A DNA stretch of 32,000 nucleotides, taken from contig JAXLZO010000001.1 in NCBI GenBank assembly GCA_046350815.1, positions 210,001-242,000 of the forward strand. Direction: 5' to 3'. The notes under the pieces are model-generated. The model made no database searches. It was not told where the DNA came from and saw nothing but the letters and a program-made list of their open reading frames with translations. Position numbers and translations under genes: made by a program. Positions 1 through 9,812 of the stretch are shown piece by piece. Every line of letters starts with the position of its first letter. Positions within the stretch are counted from its first letter, which is position 1. The DNA comes from Candidatus Saccharimonadota bacterium (GTDB taxonomy: Bacteria; Patescibacteriota; Gracilibacteria; BD1-5; UBA2023).

Positions 1-19
1 GGAGCTACAAAATATAGCC

Positions 20-904
20 ATGAACTTTAAAAAGCAGCTCGTCAAAGAGGGAAAAAGCATACGAATCATCAATAAAAACAATTCTCCAATATCTCCAGCA
101 CTTGCGAAAAAGGAGCGCATCGGAATAAAAGCATTTGAGTGGCACATTATCGATCGAGGAAATGACGAATGTATCATCGCCGAAACAATTGCCTTTCAAG
201 ACATAGACAGTTATAGTGACCGTGATATGGGAAAAAGTCGAGATATGCAAGTTGGTATGCTTCCCCCAAAACTCTCACAAATACTCCTCAATCTCGCTGA
301 ACTCAAACCCCATCAGGCATTCTACGATCCATTCTGTGGTCTTGGAACCCTTCCAATAGAAGCTCTTCGTTATGAAGACATACTTATTATCGGATCTGAT
401 ATAGAAGAAAATCTTGTTACAAAGACACAATCCAACCTGGAACAAATGCAAGATCATCACAATCCACATCATATTGAGACATTCACGCGCAATGCTCTAC
501 AGCCATCACATCACCTTAGTGAAATTCGAAAACGCTATCCAAATCGATCCTTGACTATTGCTACAGAGTGATATCTTGGTCCTATTATTCGAAAATACAG
601 CAATTATCGTGCGATCGAAGAAGCTCTCGATGAGACAACTCCCATTACCCATGGATTCATCAAACAACTTGCAAAAGATCTACAAAAATGAGAGCGAGCC
701 TGTATTTGTATGCCTTGTTGGTTTTACAGTGAAAAATACACCTATATTCCACAAATAGTATCACTTCTGAGCGCATCTTGATTTGCTATTGAACGCATCG
801 AGCATCCACTCTTAGATCGTTCGTATACAGCACGATGATCTCTTATCTACCGTCGTTCAACACAAAACGTCGGACGAGAAATCTTTATACTTGTGAAGTC
901 ATAA
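20..904 (+). CDS. SAM-dependent RNA methyltransferase (UPF0020/Trm11-like class I MTase)
   Basis: ATG at 20. Track ORF 20..571 continues in frame through 4 in-frame TGA codons (first at 569-571) to TAA 902-904 (294 aa). SAM-binding-like motif DPFCGLGTLPIEA. Catalytic-like IATE-G(TGA)-YLGP. A hairpin terminator follows. Confidence 0.75.
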
Positions 905-910
905 TAAAAA

Positions 911-931
911 GCGTGATTTCTCACGCTTTTT
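911..931. terminator. Bidirectional rho-independent terminator between convergent genes
   Basis: GCGTGA (911-916), loop TTTC, TCACGC (921-926). Flanked by an A-run upstream and a T-run downstream, between the stops at 904 (+) and 944 (-). Confidence 0.7.
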
Positions 932-943
932 ATTATGACTGAA

Positions 944-1318
944 TTATTTCTTCATAATCTTTGCCCAGATTCCACCAAGCAATGATTTCGGTTCTTTTGT
1001 TGCCTTTTCATCGAGAGTTTTTTGTACATCATGCATCTTATCCATCGCAACCTCTTGAAGCTCTTCTGCCTTGTCTTTTGCTTCCTCAAGCACATCTTTA
1101 CTGATCTTTTGAGCCTTTTCAAAAAGTAATTCTGCCGGGGTTTTCGAGTGATCCTCTTTCTTTTCCTCAGCGACTACCTCAGATGTTTTTGGAGCATCTT
1201 CTGAGGGAGTTTCTGTGACTACCTCAGCAACAACTAGAGTTTCAGGAGCATTCGTTTCTGTTGAAGCAACTACGGTTTCTTCTTTTTTCGTAGCTTTTGG
1301 TTCTTTTGCAGCAGGCAT
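944..1318 (-). CDS. Hypothetical Lys/Glu-rich protein (disordered N-terminal half, helical C-terminal half)
   Basis: Track ORF 944..1366. I prefer the internal ATG at 1316-1318 (MPAAKEPKATKK...), because the upstream part overlaps the rsmI 3' region. I recognise no conserved motif. Confidence 0.5.
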   Translation of the reverse strand: MPAAKEPKATKKEETVVASTETNAPETLVVAEVVTETPSEDAPKTSEVVAEEKKEDHSKTPAELLFEKAQKISKDVLEEAKDKAEELQEVAMDKMHDVQKTLDEKATKEPKSLLGGIWAKIMKK

Positions 1319-1384
1319 AACAAAATGAAAAATAATAAAAGATGCTTTGATACTAGTCATTCTCACGAAAAATGCAAGAGTGAG

Positions 1385-2038
1385 CTACCACATTACGACA
1401 AATTCTCACTTTGGCGGATGATTTTGAAAATGTTTTCTCATATCAGCTACACTCATTCGGAGAAATTCTTCGAATTTTTTTGTAAGTTCACGACCAATAA
1501 CTATTGGCGTATCTCCCCCAAAATATTCCTCGATGTCTTCAAGTGTTCGATCAATACGATGTACTGACTCATATATAGCAACGGTATAATCCTTTGTTTT
1601 AAGGCTTGTCAGAAGGGTATGGCGTCACTTTTTAATAGGTATAAATCCGAGAAAACGAAAATCATGCATATGAAGACCGCTCGCACAAAGTGCCGTGATA
1701 ACAGCTGATGGTCCAGGAATTGGTGAAATATCGACTCATGCCTCGATAGCACGACCAAGGAGAGTGTAGAGCGGATCGGATATACCAGGCGTTCCAGCAT
1801 CACTGATAATAGCCAGATGTTCTCCAGCAAGAAGCCTGGATATGATTACTTCAATCTTCGCGGGTGAGGAATGAGCATGAAAAGACACAAGCGGACGTTT
1901 GATGTCGTAATGATTGAGAAGATTGCTCGACGTTCGTGTATCTTCGCAGAGTATAGCATCCGCCTCAGAGAGTATTCGTACTGCTCGATAGGTTATATCT
2001 TCAAGATTTCCAATAGGTGTTGCAACGATGGAGAGCAT
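1385..2038 (-). CDS. rsmI: 16S rRNA (cytidine1402-2'-O)-methyltransferase RsmI
   Basis: N-terminus MLSIVATPIGNLEDITYRAVRIL..LCEDTR is typical of RsmI. Fragment 1736..2038 reads on through TGA codons (1736-1738 and two more) to TAG 1385-1387. The C-terminal ...HPPK-G(TGA)-EFVVMW matches the RsmI KGEFV motif. 217 aa. Confidence 0.9.
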
Positions 2039-2044
2039 AATATT

Positions 2045-3496
2045 CTAGAGTCAAAGTTTATCCCGGATAACATTAACCTCATAGTGCAAATTCTGATCTT
2101 TCTTGAGCATAGTCTCAAGCTTTTTACAAGAATAAAGAACCGCTGAGTGATTGCGTCCACCAAAAATATTGCCAATTCTCTCAAGTGTATAGTGCATACG
2201 ATTTTTGAGGAGGTACATAGCAATCTGACGAGGAATCATATACTGCTTCTGACGATTTTGACCGATAAGATGTTTTGCTTCGAGTCAAAAATGTTTTGCA
2301 ACATGATCAAGAAGATCCTCGTAGCTACGCACTTTACTCACCGGTTCAACAAGAGTTGATCCGAGGCGAACTTGTGTTACAGAATGACGATTAAGAAGCT
2401 TTGCAACATTATCAAGAGTTGGTGGTACAGCAGTGAGTTCATATTGAGCAACAATTTGATTGAGAATCCCTTCAAGTTCACGTATGTTCTCTCCTGCATG
2501 AAATGCTATGTATTCAAGTACTTCTTTTTCCACACGAAATCCACGCTCAGAAATTTTACCTTGAATAATAGCAAGCTTTGTCTCATAATCAGGGATCGCA
2601 ACATCAACAATAATTCCACTCTCAAAACGACTCTTGAGTCGAGGTTCGAGCTCCTCAAGCTCTCGTGGTGCACGATCCCCAGAGAGAACTATTTGCTTCT
2701 TTGCATCGTAGAGAATATTGAAGATATTGTAGAGTTCTTCTTGTGTTTGTGTTTTTCGAGCGAGAAACTGTATGTCATCAATAATAAGAACGTCGATGCT
2801 TGCATATCGATCTCTGAGATTATCAGTATTTCGACGCTTGACACTATCAACGTAATCAGAGAGGAATTTATCAGCTGTTGTGTAGACAACGTGTTTATCA
2901 GGAAATCGATTTTTTGTCGCATTTCCAATGGCCTGTAAGAGATGGGTCTTGCCAAGTCCTACTCCACCATAGATAAAAAGTGGGTTATAAGACTGACCTG
3001 GTCGTCGACTCACAGCATCTGCAGCAGCAAATGCAAGCTGATTCGATGGACCTACGACATAGTTCTCGAGCTGATAGCGTGGATTGAGTGTTCGTCTTGA
3101 GATATTTTCCGCTTCATTTGGGGAAATTTCCTTGATTGCCGGAGTTGAGAATGATTTATCACTTGGTGCTCAAACCTCTGAAGAGATATTCTCTCAATCT
3201 GAACTCATCTTGTCATCAAGATATACCAGCAAATCATAGAGCTCACCATCATCAACCACAAAACTCACCTCACTCTGAGAGCATCCAAGATCCAGAAGAG
3301 CATCAACAATGGCGAGAGAAAATTTTTTATTGAGTGCTTTTGCGGCAAAACTCGAACCAACCCCAAAAACAATACTATTCTCCGATACAGAGACAAGAGA
3401 AATCTTCTTAAAATACGTCAGAATGTCTTGATGTCGCACATGACGAACCAAACATTCAACAAAGTCAGGGAGCGATTGAGGAAAAGAAAACAACAT
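2045..3496 (-). CDS. dnaA: Chromosomal replication initiator DnaA
   Basis: Track fragments 3194..3496 (domain I), 2285..3013 (AAA+ domain: NPLFIYGGVGLGKTHL, LIIDDIQFL) and 2051..2239 (domain IV: MIPRQIAMYL..GGRNHSAV) share one frame. They are joined by TGA at 3194, 3170, 2285 and 2051. Stop is TAG 2045-2047. 483 aa. Confidence 0.95.
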
Positions 3497-3507
3497 ATTG
3501 AGCTACA

Positions 3508-3535
3508 CTTGTATTGTTTTTTTTAACTTTGTCAA
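3508..3535 (-). promoter_or_regulatory. Putative sigma70-type promoter of dnaA
   Basis: On the minus strand: TTGACA (3530-3535), a 16-nt spacer, then TACAAG (3508-3513). This lies about 12 nt upstream of the dnaA ATG (3494-3496), so the leader would be very short and has no Shine-Dalgarno sequence. Confidence 0.35.
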
Positions 3536-3639
3536 AAAGTCGGTATTTTTTTAGAGAAAATTTTTTATAAAATTCAATAAAGTTCATCAAACAACATATA
3601 CAAAAATTTGTCATCCTGAAATTGATTCAGGATCCTCCT

Positions 3640-4012
3640 ATTTTATGATGAAGATTCCCGTCTACACGGGAATGACATTATTGAAAGTGAGGTTATGTAT
3701 TCCAATGGAAGAGATTCTTCTCGACAAGAGCCATGATACATACATCCACCCCGCCCTTCAGGCATCCATCAAGAGGGTAAGGGTTCAAAATTTTCCCATT
3801 TCCGCTCATTAATAGACTTAGGGAAAGTTCTATTCTTTTTTTATTTATTATCCTCGCAAAGTCAGGGATCTCGTATTTCCTGCATTTGTGATTTCGAACG
3901 ATAGAGAGAAATCTTTTTGACTGAAAATTCAGTGAGAATTTCCTGTACAAGAGATCTCTCATAAATTCGAGATGACAAAACAAAACACAAACCCCATTTA
4001 TTATGGGAGAAA
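3640..4012 (-). other. Unassigned transcription unit: either a small basic Cys-containing ORF (3693..4031 in the track) or a structured ncRNA
   Basis: It is bounded upstream by the pilin terminator (4013-4044). Downstream lie two hairpins: ATTCCCGT/ACGGGAAT at 3653-3672 and ATCCTGAA/TTCAGGAT at 3612-3637, the latter followed by a T-run on the minus strand. It contains a locally GC-rich patch (3745-3785). I recognise no family. Confidence 0.3.
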
Positions 4013-4044
4013 AATCAAAAATTCCTCTCAATAGAGAGAGGAAT
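4013..4044 (-). terminator. Rho-independent terminator after the pilin gene
   Basis: 9-bp stem ATTCCTCTC (4021-4029) / GAGAGGAAT (4036-4044), followed by a T-run on the minus strand. It lies 23 nt downstream of the stop at 4067. Confidence 0.7.
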
Positions 4045-4066
4045 CACGAACTAAGCAGAAAATAAA

Positions 4067-4528
4067 CTATGAATACACCCAAGGAGCAACAAGATACAGT
4101 ATCGCCGATACAAAGAAGAGAAGTATGAGTCCAGCGATCGAACTCACAATGAATTTCTTTGCCTTTACTTTTCCTTCATCCGTCGCGCCACCGATCGAGT
4201 ACATAATACCTCATACCGCAAGCATCAGAACTCAACAAAGCGTTGCGATGAAGACAACATACTGAATCATGGTAGAAATAACCGACTTGATGGCAGAACT
4301 AGCCTCAGGAACGGTACAATCAAATTTACGTGTTTCTACGTTTTTGTTTTTAGCTTCATCAACTGCTTTGCAATCAGCTCAAGGAATAGCTTCTGTAGTA
4401 AACACATGTGCTCAACTACTTGTTGGATCTGATGCAAAGCCAACTTCTAGACCAGCAAAAATTCCAAAAGAAATAAATATAGCTAGTATACCCACTTTTG
4501 TAAAATTTCGGAAGAAAAATAATTTCAT
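4067..4528 (-). CDS. T4SS-type pilin (TrbC/VirB2-like, CPR 'T4SS_pilin' type), Sec signal peptide
   Basis: Hand-translated minus frame from ATG 4526-4528 to TAG 4067-4069, with 4 in-frame TGA. It is absent from the track, which shows only the antisense ORF 4269..4535. Sequence MKLFFFRNFTKVGILAIFISFGIFAGLEVGFA|SD... then ...LMLAVGGIMYSIGGATDEGKVKAKKFIVSSIAGLILLFF..VAPW, giving a TM - G.(D/N)E..KAK - TM pattern. 153 aa. Confidence 0.75.
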
Positions 4529-4548
4529 ACAATAATAATTTTCTGAGA

Positions 4549-5526
4549 CTAGATTGGTGTTGTAATCTTAAACACACTCAGATCAGCAAGAAGACTATAC
4601 ACTCCAAAGAAGAGGAATAAACCTATAGTTGCATACAGAAATACAGACTTTGCCTTCTTGACCGTCTCTTCATTCCCAAGAGAGAATATATAGAGATATG
4701 ATGCATAGAGGTAAAATGCAATTACGAGTGGTACAATAAGATATGCTGCCATACCAAATGCTGTACCGAGAGCATTTTGTATCGTATCGCCAGTAAAATC
4801 ACCAATCGATACGATACGAATATACGCCTGAGTAAACCCAAGAAGTATAAGACCAAGTGTTCCATAAACAAGCTTATTTTTTGCTTCAACACGACGATCT
4901 TCATTATTGCCAGATCTCAAGTAAAGAAAAGCCGCATAAGTAAACATAAGCATTGCGAAGCCACCAATAAATACCGTGAGAAATCAAGAAAGATTGTTTC
5001 CGATCGTCTGCTCAAATCCTGACTTACCCACAATACAGTTATTTGCAAATCCAACATCGGTATATTTTGCCGTGTCACTCGTGACTGAATCACAACGTTC
5101 CGATGTGAACATACGAAGTATTTCTCCAGGAACCGTGAAAAAGACAAATGCAAGAAAAGCATGAACAAGTTGCATTTTTCCCTTTTTGAGAGCCTCTTCA
5201 TCACCCTGTGAGAATACAAGTTGTGCACCGGCAATCACGATAAAAAGCATCGCAATGATGGATACTATGATTTTCACAATTTTAAGAACTGCAAGAAATG
5301 TATTCTTGGATTTATCTTCAAAATTGTCACCAGACACTTTCTTACCAATTGCTTCAGGAGATACACCTCATACATCAAATCCTGGAATTTGTGTAACACG
5401 TAGATTCTCAGCAGAGACACTCGATAGAACCAAATTACTCGCAGTATTTGATAATATACCCACAGACCCAAGTGGGGTAAAAAAGAGAATTCCGAGAAGC
5501 GTAGTAATGAGAAATCGAGTAATCAT
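4549..5526 (-). CDS. Membrane protein with three tandem T4SS-pilin-like repeats
   Basis: Track fragments 4549..4953 and 4984..5337 share a frame and are joined by TGA 4984-4986. The ORF extends upstream through TGA 5368-5370 to ATG 5524-5526. N-terminal signal/TM sequence MITRFLITTLLGILFF. Three repeats of hydrophobic helix - (S/G).G(D/N)(E)E...K(K/A)(G/A)K - hydrophobic helix. 325 aa. Confidence 0.8.
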
Positions 5527-5546
5527 ACAAGAAAAGAAACGTGAAA

Positions 5547-6590
5547 TTAGCTACGATGAGGAAGATACTCCCGAGCAGATGCTTCATCGATAAGACCAGC
5601 ATCCAAGAGCGAATAAATATGTGATTTGAATGAAATCATTCCATCTTTCGCAGCTACTTCAATAGCATTATCAATTTGAATAAAATCACCGATCGTTATG
5701 AGATTACGGATGGCATTATTCACGTACATGAGCTCAAAGAGTGCAATACGATTATTTCATTGTTTGTTGAGTACCAGTCTCTGAGAAAGTACGCCAAGCA
5801 ACGCATCTGAGAGACGAACTCGAGTTTGTTCCTGCGCATCAGATGGAAAGAATTGTATAAGGCGGTTGAGGCTCGCTACCGATCCGGAAGTATGAAGAGT
5901 TGTGAAAACAAGGTGACCAGTCTCAGAGAGACTCATAGCAGCCTCTACTGTCTCTTTATCACGCATCTCACCCACGATAACAATATCTGGATCCTCGCGC
6001 ATAGCAGCACGAATAGCAGAGACAAAAGACGGCGTATCACGACCAAGCTCTCTTTGAGTAATAAATGATTGTTTATTAGTGAACCGGAACTCGATAGGAT
6101 CTTCGATTGATATGATATGCTCTTTGCGAGTTGCATTGATCTCATCAACAATAGCAGTAAGTGTAGTGGATTTACCAGAACCAGTCGGACCCGCAACAAT
6201 AAACATACCCTGCTTAGCTGTCAATAATTTATTTGCACCGATGGGAAGACCGATTTCTTTCATAGAAGGGGCTGTTGTATTGATACGTCTGAGTGCTATT
6301 GCACGTCGAGAAAGCGATCGATATGCATTAACTCGAAGACCGATACCAATATCAGACCAATAAGAAAAATCAAGCTCTTGAGCATTCTGAAGTGCAATAT
6401 TGGAAGACGCATCAGGATAGAGTGTATAAAACATTTCCTCAACGATTTCTTTCGTAAGAGGAATGTTGTCTGAAATTGGATCAAGACGACCATTCACGCG
6501 AATCATAGGAAGCTCTCCGACTACAAAATGAAGATCAGATCATTTTGTTTGCTGTAGGAGTGTGAGATATTGATTGAGAAGAGCTGACAT
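5547..6590 (-). CDS. pilT: PilT-type (type IV pilus retraction family) hexameric ATPase
   Basis: Fragments 5757..6506 and 5547..5729 share a frame and are joined by TGA 5757-5759. The N-terminus extends through one TGA to ATG 6588-6590: MSALLNQYLTLLQQTK-G-SDLHFVVGELPMIRVNGRL. Walker A GPTGSGKSTTL. IVGEMRD box. PilT-like C-terminus AIRNLI...DGMISF. 347 aa, stop TAA. Confidence 0.9.
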
Positions 6591-6600
6591 AAGTGGAAGA

Positions 6601-7320
6601 TTAAACGGACGCGGAAAGTTTTTCTTTTTCTTTTTGAATATTTATAATAGTAGCTTCGAGTTTATCAGCCTTTGCATGAGCTGACTGTGCAGCTTGAAGC
6701 GCAGAGTCAGCTGCTTTTTTCTCTTCGTCTGATTTTTCCTGATGAAGAGCAGCTTCTGATTCGAGGATTTTTGCTTGATTTTCTAAGGCCTCTTCACTTT
6801 GACGCAAGAGACGCTCAGTATCATCGAGAATATCCTCAGGATTTCGCACACTGAGAGGAGATTCAACTTGTATTTCTGCAACAGAAATCGGAGTTTCAAT
6901 GATAGGCGTTGGAATAACCTCTTGTTTAACAATAGACGTAGCAACGATCGGTTCAAATACCGCAACAGCCTCCTCTGGGGGAGGAGTCTCGATCGTAGGA
7001 GTAAATACTGCCTCCATAGTCGGAGTAACCGCTACAAACGATGCATCAGGGGTCACTTCTTGTGAGAGAATCGTTGGAGTCCCTTCATGAACGACGATAT
7101 TCGCATCTGATCCAGCAGAAAAAATAGGTGCTTCAAACACAACATCAGTTGTTGGTTGAGCAACAATCTCCGAATCAACCGTAGTATCACTAATTGTCGC
7201 AAGAGGTGCTACTGCCAAAGCTTCATTTGTTTGTGTAGAGTCATCTCATTGGGTAGAACTACCTCACTGAGTACTGGAACCTGTCGTAGGAGTAGTAAAT
7301 GCATCATCAAAGAATCACAT
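6601..7320 (-). CDS. Hypothetical protein: Thr/Pro/Val/Glu-rich disordered region plus a C-terminal coiled coil
   Basis: Track ORF 6601..7218 (TTG start in the track) extends in frame through 3 TGA to ATG 7318-7320 (MGFFDDAFTTPTTGSS...). The C-terminal ~70 aa are heptad-like (LRQSEEALENQAKILESEAALHQEK...). Its stop lies 10 nt from the pilT start. 239 aa. Confidence 0.6.
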
Positions 7321-7426
7321 AAATGGAAAAATAAATACTAAAACATAAGAATGGTATCATATATATAAAAAATTTGCAAAAAAATACCTCTCTCTCTATA
7401 CTACCGTCTGTTTTTTAATACAAACT

Positions 7427-7726
7427 ATGGACATGAAACAAGTACAGGAGCTCATGAAACTCCAACAACAAGCACAGAAAGTTCAGGCTGAGCTTGATAA
7501 TATCCATATCGAGGCCGAGAGTCAGTGATTTGTCGTGACACTCAATGGACAACTCAAAGCTATCAAAGTTGAGATCGAAGATACAACACTTCTCCAAGAT
7601 AAAGCAAAACTCGAAGCTGCTGCACTTGAGGCAATCAATAAGGGAATGAAAAAAGCCCAAGAAATTGCCGCACAAAAAATGCAGGGAGTTATGGGTGATC
7701 TCGGACTCAAGCTTCCTGGAATGTAA
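7427..7726 (+). CDS. ybaB: Nucleoid-associated protein YbaB/EbfC
   Basis: ATG 7427. MDMKQVQELMKLQQQAQKVQAEL..ESQ-G(TGA)-FVVTLNGQLK..KGMKKAQE...LPGM is a typical YbaB family pattern. Stop TAA 7724-7726. 99 aa. Confidence 0.85.
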
Positions 7727-7744
7727 TTATTCATCTAAAAAAAT

Positions 7745-7771
7745 AATCAGAACAAGTTCTGGTTATTTTTT
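7745..7771. terminator. Bidirectional terminator shared by ybaB (+) and the convergent gene (-)
   Basis: Stem AATCAGAAC / GTTCTGGTT (7745-7764, one G-U pair) followed by a T-run to 7771, with an A-run upstream. The minus-strand gene stops at 7770-7772. Confidence 0.65.
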
Positions 7772-8672
7772 AATCATCATTTTCATCTTCAGGATTATGT
7801 GAATAAACAGCAAGAATTTGGCGCATATTCTCAGGGTCTACACTTCCATTATTATACTGATCGATAGTAGCACTATGCATCGCTAGTGTTTCTGTTGAAA
7901 GATTGTTTTTCAGTCCTTCAACAGCTAAAATAGTATGGATTGTTTTTCACATTCATACTTCTATATTACTCAAATCATCTCTTCAGAGAGTATCAGGAGA
8001 TATATTATAATGGGCAAGAATTTGCGAAAATTGTGGGTTTGATTTCATGGTGGCAATGGTAGCATCAACAGAGCTAATAGCTGTCATGGCCGTCACTGGG
8101 TCCATATTCTGATACCACACAGATTGAATAATATTCTTCCTTGTTGATTCTGGAAATGATCGCATTTTCGCCTCATTAAGCTTATGAATTTGGATACGAT
8201 TAACAATATCGCTCTCTTGTGATGGAACGAGAATGCCGCTCTGATAATCCTTCCACCATTGCACATTTACAAGAGTTGATTCTATGTCGGGATTCTCAGA
8301 TAAATATATATCTACTGCCCCTACATTTGCTACAAATTGTTGAATCTGCAACCAATTATAAGCGGAATCTCAGCGCATTTGAGATGTGAACCAGTACATA
8401 GAGTAAACTCGTTCCCGCACATTTGGATGGTCAGCAAGATATTGAAGAGTATCATTTTTTGCCTTTTGCTCCAGCTCACGGGGCGGATGGAGAATATCCG
8501 CAACCTGAGCGGATGAGACTCCTGCAGTATGACTTACAGGAGCTGAAATATTCTGAGATTGAGAGATTCTGTCAGTTTTTGATTCGTTATCTTTTGAGAG
8601 TAGATACGTTCCACTGAGAGCGAGAGTTGCTCACAGTGTTACCATTCAAACATTTTGCCTTACATTCTTCAT
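7770..8672 (-). CDS. Hypothetical membrane-anchored or secreted protein
   Basis: Track ORF 7983..8351 extends both ways in frame: downstream through 3 TGA to TAA 7770-7772, and upstream through 3 TGA to ATG 8670-8672. N-terminal hydrophobic segment VGMVTLGATLALSGTYLL. Acidic C-terminal tail. 300 aa. I recognise no family. Confidence 0.6.
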
Positions 8673-8712
8673 AAAGAAAATAATTATATTTCCACAATAC
8701 AATATAAATCCT

Positions 8713-8749
8713 AAAAAAGCAAAAATCCCAGTAACACTAGGATTTTTGC
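8713..8749 (-). terminator. Rho-independent terminator after rplS
   Basis: Perfect 10-bp stem GCAAAAATCC (8719-8728) / GGATTTTTGC (8740-8749), with a T-run on the minus strand (A-run 8713-8718 on plus). Confidence 0.8.
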
Positions 8750-8762
8750 AGATCATAATCAA

Positions 8763-9122
8763 TTATTTTGTTTTGATCTCTTTGAGACGAGCTGCACGTC
8801 CAGTAAGTGCTCGGATAAATCCAATATTCTTACGACGAACCTTGAATTGTCGAAGAACTTCTATCTTCTCAATAGAAGGAGAATGAACAGCAAAAATCTT
8901 CTCAACGCCAATACCACCAACATCTTTGCGAACGGTGATAGTTTGCTCAAGTGGAGATTTTCCACGAGTAACAATTACAAGTCCTTGAAAAATCTGAGTA
9001 CGTGATTTATCACCATCCTTGATACGTTGAGCGATCTTTACTTCCATACCAGTACGAACTTGAGGTCGTCCTTCTGCCATAAATGGCTGTTGGATAGCTC
9101 GAATAAGAGTTGAATTTGACAT
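8763..9122 (-). CDS. rplS: 50S ribosomal protein L19
   Basis: Intact track ORF. ...GMEVKIAQRIKDGDKSRTQIFQGLVI...FAVHSPSIEKIEVLR is typical of L19. Stop TAA. Confidence 0.95.
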   Translation of the reverse strand: MSNSTLIRAIQQPFMAEGRPQVRTGMEVKIAQRIKDGDKSRTQIFQGLVIVTRGKSPLEQTITVRKDVGGIGVEKIFAVHSPSIEKIEVLRQFKVRRKNIGFIRALTGRAARLKEIKTK

Positions 9123-9185
9123 AAATTTTGAATAGGCAATCTAGATGGGCGAAATTCTATGAAAAAACACTGTTTTGTCAAAGAA

Positions 9186-9749
9186 TTATTTTGCACGTTC
9201 TACATACTCTCCAGTCTCAGTGGAAACAACGATAGAGTCATCCTGTTCAACAAAACCTGGAACACGAAGCTCAAGACCTGTTTCAAGCTTAACAACCTTG
9301 TCTACTTTTCCATCAGCTGTATTTCCCTTTACTGCTGGCTCAGCCTCAACAATCTGAAGTGTAACTCGAGCAGGAAGAAGGATTCCGATAAATTTCCCCT
9401 CAAATTGTTGAATATCAACAATTTGCCCCTCTTTGAGATACTTAGTAGCATCACCAACATTCTCAGCAGAAAGCTCAAGTGTCTCGTACGTATCTTGAAG
9501 CATAAATGCATATGTTCCAACATTCTCATAGAGATATTCCGCTTTTGACCGATCAAGAACAACATCGTCAAGTTTTTCTTCGCTATCCATACTTCGGTCC
9601 ATGGTTGCACCTGACACGAGATTCTTCAGACGCATATTCACTGTTGTAGATCCACGTCCACCACGATGAAATTCATGTTTAATAACAAGAAGAAGATCGT
9701 TTCACATACGAAGTACTGTTCCAGTACGTGCTTCAAAAGCCGTTTTCAT
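9186..9749 (-). CDS. efp: Elongation factor P, Arg32 (EarP-type) subfamily
   Basis: Track ORF 9186..9641 extends in frame through one TGA to ATG 9747-9749: MKTAFEARTGTVLRM-G-NDLLLVIKHEFHRGGRGSTTVNMRLKNLVSG. The loop residue at position 32 is Arg (CGT, 9654-9656), aligning with SGR of Pseudomonas-type EF-P. 187 aa. Confidence 0.9.
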
Positions 9750-9812
9750 AACAAAAAATCAAAAAATACCGGGAAATTATAGACAATTTTTGAACTTTGC
9801 CAAATCAAAGCG

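Noticed and set aside
2372-2938. A 188-aa plus-strand ORF, with similar long antisense ORFs at 25914..26612(+), 15730..16104(-), 4269..4535(+), 12671..13012(+) and 5186..5593(+).
   Set aside because: They lie antisense to strongly supported genes (dnaA, LysM-CHAP, hsp20, pilin, virB4, triple pilin). Their composition is not protein-like (Phe/Ile/Cys/Ser-rich). They are shadow ORFs typical of AT-rich DNA.
3497-4066. oriC with DnaA boxes, or tmRNA/SRP RNA/tRNA, in the gap upstream of dnaA.
   Set aside because: There are no perfect TTATCCACA boxes (best 7/9). There is no tRNA-like acceptor or T-arm ending in CCA for tmRNA. The GTTCGAAATC at ~3890 lacks flanking complementary stems. No SRP domain IV motif is present. 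The region is kept only as an unassigned finding.
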